Assembly: GCF_004010195.1 (NCBI RefSeq)
Contig: NC_057724.1
Span: 64,878,293 to 64,936,350, forward strand
Length of the DNA stretch: 58,058 nucleotides
Source: Chiloscyllium plagiosum
Lineage: Eukaryota
Direction: 5' to 3'
The notes beneath the pieces are model-generated. The model was given only the letters and a program-made list of their open reading frames with translations. It was not told the origin of the DNA and did not search any database. Shown piece after piece: positions 48,887 to 58,058 of this stretch. The translations under genes and the position numbers were made by a program. Within the stretch, counting starts at the first letter, position 1, and each line of letters starts with the position of its first letter.

Positions 48887-49126
48887 GCCTGAAACTAAAA
48901 GAGAAAACGCTGGAAAATCTCAGCAGGTCTGGCAACATCTGTAAGGAGAGAAAAGAGCTGACGTTGCGAGTCTAACTGACCCTTTATCAAAGCTTTGACA
49001 AAGGGTCAGTTAGACTCGAAATGTCAGCTCTTATCTCTCCTTACAGATGCTGCCAGACCTGCTGAGATTTTCCAGCATTTTCTCTTTTGGTTTCAGATTC
49101 CAGCATCCGCAGTAATTTGCTTTTAT
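48887..49126. mobile_element. Fold-back short PLE-derived insertion (third variant) with decayed hammerhead cores
   Basis: Palindrome centred at ~48992 (TCAAAG|CTTTGA); TTGACAA-AGGGTC(AGTTA)GACTC-GAAATGTC; TSD CCAATTTTGGA at 48876-48886 and 49127-49137. Confidence 0.8.
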
Positions 49127-51471
49127 CCAATTTTGGATCCTGGATGCCATGTGTTCTTAGTTTCATAATCATCTGCCATGAGAGATCTTGTCAAAAGTTT
49201 TACTAAAGTCCATGCAGACTACATCAACTGCACTACATAGAACATAGAACAGTACAGGCCGTTTGGCCTTGGATGTTGTGCAGACTTTTTATCCTACATG
49301 AAGACCAAACTAACCAACATCACCCTCAGTTTACTGTCATCATGTGCCTATCCAAGAGTCAGTTAAATGTCCCTAATATATTTGACTCTACTACCACTGC
49401 TGGCATGCATTCCACACACCCACCACTCTCTGCGTAAAGAACACACCTTCTGACATCTAGCTTAAACCTTTCTCCAATCACCTTAAAATTATGCCCCCTT
49501 GTGATAACCATTTCTGCCCAGGGGAAAATGTCTCTGACTGTTCACTCTATCAAGTCACATCTCATTCCTTCTTTACTCCAATGAGAAAATCCCTAGCTCC
49601 CTCAACTTTTCTTCATAAGACATTCCCTCCACTCCAGGCAGCATCCTGGTAAATCTCCCTTGCTTCCACATCTTTCCAGACCAGAACTGAACACCATATT
49701 CCAAGCGTGTCTAACCAGAGCTTTATAAAGCTGCAGCATAACCTCACAGCTCTTAAACTCAATTCCCATGGTCATAAAAGCCAACACACCATATGCCTTC
49801 TTAACAACTCTATCAACTTGGGTGGCAACTTTGAGAGATCTATGGACATGACCCCAAGATTCCTTATTTATAAAAATCACAAAGAGCAGAGATTCTAGAG
49901 GAATACCACTGGTAACAGAATTCCAGGCTGAATACTTTCCATCTCCTCCCACCCTCGGTATTCTATGGGCCAGCCAATTCTGTATTCAGACAGCCAAATT
50001 TCCCTGTATCCCATGCCTTCTTACTTTCTGAATGAGCCGACCATGGGGAACCTTATCAAGCTCCTTGCTAAATCCACATACACCACATCACCTGCTCTAT
50101 CTTCATCAATGTGTTTTGTCACATCCTCAAAGAATTCATTAAGGTTTGTGAGGCATGACCTGTCCCTCTCAAAGCCATGCTAACTATCTGTAATCAAACT
50201 ATGGTTTTCCAAGTAATCATAAATCCTGTCTCTCAGAATACTCTCCAATAATTTGCCCACAACAGATGCAAGACTGACTGGGTCTATAATTCCCAGGATT
50301 ATCCGTATCCCCTTTCTTGAACAAGGAAATAATACTTACCACCCTCCAGTCATCTGGCACTACTCCAGTGGACAATGAGGACATAAAGATCATCGCCAAA
50401 GGCACAGCAAGCTCTTCCCTCACTACCTATAGTAACCTTTGGTGTATTCAGTCTGGTCCAGGGGACTTATCGATCCCTATGTCTTTCAAACTTTTCAGCA
50501 CATCCTCCTTCTTAACATCAACCTGTTTGAGCATATCAGTCTGTTTCATGCTGTCCTCCCAAATGTTAAAGTCCAGCTCAGTAGTGAATACTGAAGCAAA
50601 GTATTAATTAAGGACCTCCCCTCCCTCCTCCGACTCCAGGCACATGTTCCCTCCACTATCCTTGATCGGCCCTACCTTCATGCTAGTAAACCTCTAAATT
50701 TAGAATGCCTTAGGATTTTCCTTAATCCTACCCACTAAAGTTTTTCATGCCCCCTTCCAGTTCTTAAGTCCATTCTTCAGCTTCTTTCTGGTGACCTTGT
50801 AACTGTGGAGAGCTCTGTCTGATCCTTGCCTCTTCAGCCTTAAGTAAGTTTCCTTCTTCCTCTTGACTAGGTGTTCCACATCTCTTGTCACCAAAGGTTC
50901 CTTTACCCTGCCATCCCTTTCTTGCCTCATGGGACAAACCTATCCAGTAGTATCAGCAAGTGCTCCCGAAAGAGCCTCCACATTTCGGTCATGCATTTCG
51001 TGGAGGACATCCGTTCCCAATTTAATCACCCCAGTTCCTGCCTAATAGCATTGTAATTCCTCCTCCACCAGTTAAATACTTTCCCATACTGTCCACTCCT
51101 ATCCGTTTCCATGACTATAGTAAAGGTCAGGGAGTTGTGAGCACGATCACCAAAATGCTCTCTGCCAAGAGATCTGGCACCTGTCCTGGCTCATTGCCAA
51201 ACACCAAATCCAATATGGCCTACACTTTAATAGAACATAGAACATTACAGCGCATTACAGGCCCATCGGCCCTCAATGTAGCGCCGACTTGTCATACCAA
51301 TCTGAAGCCCATCTAACCTACACTATTCCATGTATGTCCATATGCTTGTCCAATGGCGACTTCAATATACTTAAAGTTGCCGAATCTACTACCGTTGCAG
51401 GCAAAGCATTCCATACCCTTACTACTCCCCGAGTAAAGAAACTACCTCTGACATCTGTCCTATATCTATCA

Positions 51472-51930
51472 CTCAGGTAAAAACAATGACTGCAGATGCT
51501 GGAAACCAGATTCTGGATTAGTGGTGCTGGAAAAGCACAGCTGTTCAGGCAGCATCTGAGGAGCAGTAAAATCGACGTTTCGGGCAAAAGCCCTTCATCA
51601 GGAATACAGGCAGAGATACCTGAAGGGTGGAGAGATAAATGAGAGGAGCTGTAGAGAGAGGAGGAAAACTTCTTCAAGGCCGGCATCCTTGCAAGAGGAT
51701 TCGCAGTAGGGTTAAAAATCAACTAGGTAAAAACAGATGCTGGAAACCAGATTCTGGATTAGTGGTGCTGGAAAAGCACAGCATTTCAGGCAGCTCCTCT
51801 CATTTATCTCTCCACCCTTCAAGCACTCTGCCTGTATTCTTGATGAAGGGCTTTTGCCCGAAACATCGATTTTCCTGCTCCTCGGATGCTGCCTGAACTG
51901 CTGTGCTTTTCCAGCACCACTAATCCAGAA
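51472..51930. mobile_element. PLE-derived insertion with direct and inverted copies of the terminal repeat, inside a CR1
   Basis: CAGATGCTGGAAACCAGATTCTGGATTAGTGGTGCTGGAAAAGCACAG occurs at 51493 and 51735. 51793-51930 is inverted. Intact hammerhead on the minus strand at ~51570-51605. Flanks ATATCTATCA / ATATCAATCA. Confidence 0.8.
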
Positions 51931-53002
51931 TATATCAATCAGCCCTCAATTTAAAGCTATGCCCCCTCGCCGTCACCATTCTTGGAAAAAGGCTCTCCCT
52001 GTCCATCCTATCTAACCCTCTGATTATCTTATATGCCTCTATTAAGTCACCTCTCAACCTTCTTCTCTCTAACGATAACAGCCTCAAGCCCCTCAGCCTT
52101 TCCTCGTAAGACCTTCCTTCCATACCAGACAACATCCTAGTAAATCTCCTCTGCACCCTTTCTAAAGCTTCCACATCCTTCATATACCAGAACTGTACAC
52201 AATACTCCAAGTGCGGCCACACCAGAGTTTTGTACAGCTACAGCATAACCTCATGGTTCCGGAACTCAATCCCTCTATTAATAAAAGCTAAAACACTGTA
52301 TGCCTTCTTAACAATCCTGTCAACCCGGGTGGCAACTTTCAAGGATCGGTGTACCTGGACACCAAGATCTCTCTGCTCATCTATACTACCAAGAATCTTA
52401 CCATTAGCCCAGTACTTTGCATTCCGGTTACTCTGACCAAAGTGAATCACCTCACACTTGTCTGCATTAAACTCCATGTGCCACCTCTCAGCCCAGCTTA
52501 TCTATGTCTCTCTGTAACCTACAACATCCTTCGTCACCATCCACAACTCCACCGACCTTAGTGTCATCTGCAAATTTACTAACCCGCCCTTCTACGCCCT
52601 CACTTTAGTTGACCTATCTACATATTGACTCAGGAATCCTTCCTGGACACACCTGACAAAACCTGCTGCACCCAAACTATTTGAACTAACAACGTTCCAA
52701 TCAATATTAGGAAAGTTAAAGTCACCCATGACAACAATCCTGTTACTTCTGCACCTTTCCAAAACCTGCCTGCCAAGGTGCTCCTCTGTGTCTCTGTTGC
52801 TATTGGGGAGTCTGTAGAAAACTCCCAATTAAGTGACTGCTCCTTTACTGTTTCTGACTTCCACACATACTGTCTCTGTAAACAAACCCTTTTTGACCAC
52901 CAGCTTTCTTAAACCAGCTTTTGACCACCGCATCTTCATAAACACAGTAACCATTTGAGGTCAGGATTGACTAAAGCTAGATTTTCACGTGAAAGTTTTA
53001 GA

Positions 53003-53528
53003 CTTCTGGTCTCCTTCCTATTGGAAAGATTTTGTGAAACTTGAAAGGGTTCAGAAAAGATTTACAAGGATGTTGCCAGGGTTGGAGGATTTGAGCTATA
53101 GGGAGAGGCTGAACAGGCTGGGGCTGTTTTCCCTGGAGCCTCAGAGGTTGAGGGGTGACTTTATAGAGGTTTACAAAATCATGAGAGGCATGGATAAGAT
53201 AAATAGACAAAGTCTTCTCCCTAAGGTCAGGGAGTCCAGAACTAAAGGACATAAGTTTATGGTTAGAGGGGAAAAATATAAAAGAGACCTAAGGGGCAAC
53301 TTTTTCACACAGAGGGTGGTACGTTTGTGGAATAAGCTGCCAGAGGAAGTAGTGGAGGCTAGTACAATTGCAACATTTAAAAAGCATTTGGATGGGTATA
53401 TGAATAGGAAGGGTTGGGAAGGATATGAGCCGGGTGCTGGCAGGTGGGACTAGATTGGGTTGGGATATCTGGTCAACATGGACGGGTTGGTCCGAAGGGT
53501 CTGTTTCCATGCTGTACATCTCTATGAC
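53003..53528 (+). mobile_element. Young CR1-clade 3' fragment
   Basis: Open frame FWSPSYWKDFVKLERVQKRFTRMLPG...FKKHLDGYMNRKG. Confidence 0.9.
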
Positions 53529-54172
53529 CTCCCTTTCTGCATCTGTGATACTATCCCTGATTAGCAATGCCACTCCACTACCCTCAGCTAGACACCTATT
53601 TACCTCCTCAAAACAAAATCAATACTTTTGATGGTTTATCAAATACTTTGTACGTTGCAACCGCTGATCAAAAATCAGTCTATTCCATTTTTGAATATAC
53701 TTAACAACACAGACTTTTTAACAGCAGAATTTGTGGGCAAAACTCAGGAGGTCTGGCCGCATCAGTGAAGAAAAAGGAAAGTTAACATTTCAGGTCCAAT
53801 CCTTGAAGGGTCACTGGAACCGAAACGTTAACTCTGCTTTCTCTCTCCACAGATGCTCCCAGACCTGCTGAGTTTTCCCAGCACCTGCTGGAGTTGTTTC
53901 TGATTTCTTTTGACAGTATTTTGCCCATTCTCTCTCTCTCTCATGTTGAAAGTTTGGTCACAAGACACAGCAAAGTGAATGAATAATCCAGCAACCTACA
54001 GCCTCAGTAAACGGAAAGTTCACATTTACACACAAACGTATTTTTATAAGGACAACCGAGTGTTTTACACTGAAATACAGACTGTACGGGAATGTTAGAG
54101 GATGGTGGGGGGGGGGGGGGGGGGGTTCTATTTCACCCTTTATCGGCAAAAAAAACTTTTTTGAACGCTCAC

Positions 54173-54300
54173 CGTCCCGACGTGGGCCTGTCAACGTCCT
54201 TCAAGTCCAAGCAATTGAAGCTTAAATCTCAGGCAGATTACAAACCGCTGCCATCTCCACTCTGAGGGAGAGGGCTAACCGCTATCCGTTTCCATAGCGA
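54173..54300 (-). other. Candidate non-coding first exon of the 947-aa gene
   Basis: Donor ACG|GTGAGC at 54172 on the minus strand at the edge of the CpG island; only short uORFs. The link to the 39380 acceptor is inferred. Confidence 0.5.
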
Positions 54301-54500
54301 CCGACGTTGGCGATTGGGAATTTGAAATCGGTGACCGTTGGGGGGCGGCTCTCGCGAGATCTGCATTGAATGGGCGGGGCTCAGATTTAAATGGTCGCGG
54401 TGTCCACCCGTCTCGCCCGTTTTTGCTGCTTTTGAGTTCGCAGTGACGGTTAGCCCCTGGTGTAGGCCTCACCTGCTCGCCGGGCTTGAAATTACCTAGC
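54280..54500. promoter_or_regulatory. CpG-island promoter, probably bidirectional
   Basis: High CpG density. ATTGG 54313, TTTGAA 54321, CCGTTG 54335, GC boxes 54342 and 54372, TCTCGCGAGA 54350-54359, TTTAAA 54386, CTTGAA 54485. Confidence 0.8.
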
Positions 54501-54506
54501 AGAGCC

Positions 54507-54517
54507 ATGTTGGGAAG
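54507..54517 (+). CDS. Candidate 11-nt first coding exon (MLG-R/S) of an unidentified plus-strand gene
   Basis: GCCATG followed by AAG|GTGAGT consensus donor at the right edge of the CpG island. No further exon found in the window. Confidence 0.4.
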
Positions 54518-55369
54518 GTGAGTGTTCCAAAACCCGCTCCCAGGGGGAGGACGAAACAAATAAGGTTGAATGAGTTTCGCCCCCATACCAGCAGGGTCTA
54601 TGTTTTACTGCAAACCAGTGGTTTACACATTGCCTGTCCAGTCTTTGAATCGTTAAAGTACTGAAGGATTTTTTTCAGCCCAAACTGTCCGCATGAGCTC
54701 TCTTAAATCAGCACCTCTTGGCGCCATTCCCCTGCTTCTGTCCTAATCCTACACCTTTCCATCGTTTCAAGTAACAGGTCTAATTCCCTCTCGAAGTCCT
54801 TAATGCAAGGTGTTATTCTGTATTGCGCATTAACTAAAATGCTTCAGCACCCTGAGGATGGAAATGGCCAGCAAGCAGGAGGTCAAGAATCTCAGTGCAA
54901 ACCTGAAGAACAATCTTCAGACTAGGCACTTTACAACCTTCAAGACCCAACATGGAATTCAACACCTTAAGATTGTCAACCCACTCCTATTCCTCCCGTT
55001 TCTTTTAGTTGTTGCATTCTCTGTCACCATGTCCCCTCTTTCCTGCGTGACCCCCCCCCCCCCCATTCGGACTATCTGTTCTTTCCAGTTTAGCAGTTAA
55101 ACGCACTTAATCTGCAATATTAGCAGTCTCTGTCCCACAGCATTCTGCCATCTGTTCTTTCCACACCCACACCTTCCCCCCGCCAACCCTCAACATTATT
55201 GCACAAATGCTGCCTTCTCCACACTTCATGTCAGCTCTGAGTCATCTATACTACTAACATTAGTTTGCTCTCTATCCATGGATGCTGTCTTGCATGTTGT
55301 GATTTCCAGTTTTTTTTTGTTTTCAGTACAGATTCAAGAATCTGCAGTAATTTGCTCTCCTAAACAAAA

Positions 55370-55590
55370 GGGAGAATCCCTACATTATGCCTGACAAGTC
55401 CACACTGACCCTCCAATGAGTAGTCAATCCAGACCCATTTCCCCTACTCTGTTACTGTACTCTACATTTACCCTGACTAATGCACCTAACCTACACATCC
55501 CTGAACATTATGGGCAATTTAGCAAAGCAAATTCACCTAATCTGCACATCTTTCGATTGTAGTAAGAAACCGGAGCACTCGGAAGAAATC
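55370..55590 (-). mobile_element. Partial tRNA-derived SINE
   Basis: GACTAATGCACCTAACCTACACATC, GGGCAATTTAGC, GAAACCGGAGCAC. Confidence 0.8.
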
Positions 55591-56416
55591 TGTTCCTGGC
55601 TTGGGTTGGAGGTTTCTGCGAAGTAGTCATTCAGCTTGTATTTAGTGTCCTGTGTGAGCAAAATCTAAATTAGATTTTGAAAATTTAAGCACTTGGGGTT
55701 TGCAACAATGGTAATTAGTCATTATAAAATCACATGTTGTGGATGCTGGAAATCAGAACTGTTGAATTTGTATGATTCTTCTTTAGAACATTCTAAAGAG
55801 GTGTCATTGTGGTCTGAACATTGAGCTCTGTTTCTCTCCTCTTGGGTATTGCCAGAACTGCTGAGATTCTGCAGCATTGTGTTAGTTAATGCTGAAAGAT
55901 GTCCAGTCCTTTATACGGCACTTAATTATCTTTAAATCATAATATGGAACCTTGATGAGATCACATTTAGAGTACTGTGTACAGTTGTGGGCTCCTTATT
56001 TGAAAAATGGTATAAGCATGTGGAGGCAGATCAGAAGCTTATTTAACTCCTTGCTTTTTTGAATTTAAGGCATAGCTTTTTATATTTTTTTTAAAAAAGC
56101 ATGGGCTGTACTGCTTGGAGCTTCATTATACTCCTTTGAAAAGTGATCTCTTACAGAGACTTTTATAGGGAAAACACCAGAAAGATTTCTGCCAATGTTG
56201 GAGAGATTCAGAATGGGAAATAGCTTAAGAACAATTTAAGATCTCTCCTTCTTAAGACTAATGAAGATAAATGAGTTGTTAGTGAAACACTCTTGTTTAA
56301 GTGCTATTCGCAGATCCCTATGACAATCTGCCCGCAATCAGCTTTTGAAAGTTCTTGTCTAATACTGTCAAAATTACCTTTCTCCAGTTTACAACTTCAA
56401 CTTTTAGATCTGTTTC

Positions 56417-56510
56417 ATTCCTGATGAAGGGCCTTTGCCCGAAACTTCAATTTTCCTGCTCCTCGGATGCTGCCTGTGCTGCTGTGCTTTTCCAGCACCA
56501 CTCAAATCTA
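56417..56510 (+). mobile_element. Short PLE 3'-end insertion starting at a hammerhead motif
   Basis: ATTC-CTGATGA-AGGGC(CTTT)GCCC-GAAACTTC; flanks AACTTTTAGATCTG / AACATTTAGATCTG. Confidence 0.72.
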
Positions 56511-56629
56511 AACATTTAGATCTGGTCTATTCTTTGTCATCACTATTTAAAAACTACTAGAATTATGGTCACTGGCCCCAAAGTGCTCCCTCACTGACAC
56601 CTCGGTCACCTGCCCTTCCTTATTTCCCA

Positions 56630-58045
56630 ATTTGTATCACCAATAGCCAATGGGTGAGCTGCTGGAAGACTGGCAGTTGGTTAGCGGGATGCCACTATTT
56701 AGGAAAATTGGTAAGGAAAAGCTAGGGAGCAATAGACGAGCGAGCCTGACATCGGCTGTCAGCAAGTTGTTGAGGAAACCTGAGGGAACTATTTACATGA
56801 TTTGGAAAAGCAAGGACTAATTAGGGATAGTCAACATGATTTTGTGCATGCGAACTAGTGACTGAGGTTGATTTGAGGTTTTTTTTGAAGTGACAAAGAA
56901 GATTTGAAGGCAGAGTGCTGGCGGTTATCTATATAGACTTCAGTAAGGTATTCAACGTTCCACAAGGTAAACTGGTTAGCAAACTTCGATCACGTGGAAT
57001 ACTGGGGGGATGAGCCATGTGGATACAAAATTGGCTTAAAGGTAGGAGACAGAAGATGGTGGTGGAGGGTTGCTTTTTGGACTGGTGCTGGGTCTACTGC
57101 TTTTTGTCATTACATAAATTTGATGTATGAGGTATGATTAATAAGCTTGCAGATAACACCAAAATTGGTGGTGTAGTGAACAACAAAGAAGGTTACCTCT
57201 GGTACAATCATATCTTGATCAGATTGGCCAATGGCTGAGAAATGGCAGATGGAGATAAATTTATACAGAGTTAGGTGCATTAGTCAGTGGTAAATATGGG
57301 GAATGGGTCTTGGTGGGTTACTCTTCAGAGGGTTGGTGTGGACTAGTTGGGCTGAAGGGCCTGTTTCCACACTGTAGGGGATCTAATCTAACAAATGTAA
57401 GGTGCATCATTTTGGTAGGGCAAATCAGGGCAGAGGTTATACACTTAATGGTCAGGATTTGGGGAGTGTTGCTAAACAGAGACCTTGGAGTGCAAGTTCA
57501 TAGTTCCTTGAAAATGGAGTTGCCAATAGACAGGATAGGGAAGAAGGCGTTTCGAATGCGTGCCTGTATTGGTCAGTGCATTGAGTATAGGAGTTGGGGT
57601 TTATGTTGTGGCTATACAGGATGTTGATTAGGCTACCTTTGGCATAATGTGTTCAAATCTGGTCTCCCTTCTATCGGAAAGATTTTGTGAAACTTGGAAG
57701 ATTCAGAAAAGATTTGAGAATGTTGCCAGGTTTGGAGGGTCTGAGTGTAGCGGGAATGCTGAATAGGCTGGGGCTATTTTCCCTAGAGTATTGGTGATTG
57801 AAGGGTGACATTATGGAAGGTACGTAAAATCACGAGGGGCATGGATAGGCTGAATAGCCAAAATCTTATCCCCAGGATAGGGGAGTCCAAAAGTAGAGGG
57901 TATGTGTTTAAGAGGGGCAAGATTGACATTATGGAAGGTACGTAAAATCACGAGGGGCATGGATAGGCTGAATAGCCAAAATCTTATCCCCAGGATAGGG
58001 GAGTCCAAAAGTAGAGGGTATGTGTTTAAGAGGGGCAAGATTTAA
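56630..58045 (+). mobile_element. Decayed CR1-clade LINE with a partial SINE at ~57268-57390
   Basis: GACTTCAGTAAGG, AAGCTTGCAGATAACACCAAAATTGGTGG, RDLGVQVHSSLK. Confidence 0.85.
57806..58042 (+). repeat. Tandem duplication, 2 x 118 bp
   Basis: TGACATTATGGAAGG...GGGGCAAGAT starts at 57806 and again at 57924; the copies appear identical. Confidence 0.9.
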
Positions 58046-58058
58046 GCGTGTGTGTGGG

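Larger units (their letters stand above)
47270..52900 (-). mobile_element. Stack of nested minus-strand CR1-clade LINE copies, including an APE endonuclease fragment (52592-52900)
   Basis: GVFYRLPNS, VVMGDFNFPNIDW, DNPGNYRP, HLEYCVQFW, MEFNADKCEVIHFG. Confidence 0.88.

Noticed and set aside
26569-49126. Palindromes as DNA-transposon MITEs, miRNA genes or CRISPR-like arrays
   Set aside because: Arms are unequal, TSDs vary (11-15 bp), the same sequence occurs as single arms and as PLE 3' ends, and there is no repeat-spacer periodicity.
54275-54586. 103-aa minus-strand ORF across the CpG island
   Set aside because: Runs through promoter motifs, has no recognisable homology, and is expected by chance in GC-rich DNA.

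Overview
Eukaryotic, repeat-dense vertebrate DNA. The tRNA-derived SINEs and CR1-type LINEs look like those of cartilaginous fish (shark-like; inference). Most of the window is decayed CR1/L2 LINEs, SINEs, Penelope-like elements (PLEs) and Tx1 fragments, with two N gaps. Host genes: (i) the first coding exon of oligophrenin-1 (OPHN1, minus strand, 7378-7531); (ii) an unrecognised five-coding-exon minus-strand gene (24691-39269) that I assembled by hand with consistent splice phases into a ~947-aa, mostly disordered protein with internal ~45-aa repeats, an SxIP motif and a C-terminal coiled coil; (iii) a CpG-island promoter at ~54.2-54.55 kb with CHR, MYB, CCAAT, GC-box and TCTCGCGAGA motifs, probably bidirectional. 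Most unusual: a TSD-bounded composite insertion in which a Tx1 retrotransposon poly(A) tail is joined to nt 41 of a U1 snRNA gene; a series of TSD-bounded fold-back PLE insertions carrying minimal type I hammerhead ribozymes, often on both strands; and a decayed tRNA-Pro(AGG) with an 18-nt insert at the canonical intron position. Repeat boundaries are approximate and were read by eye.
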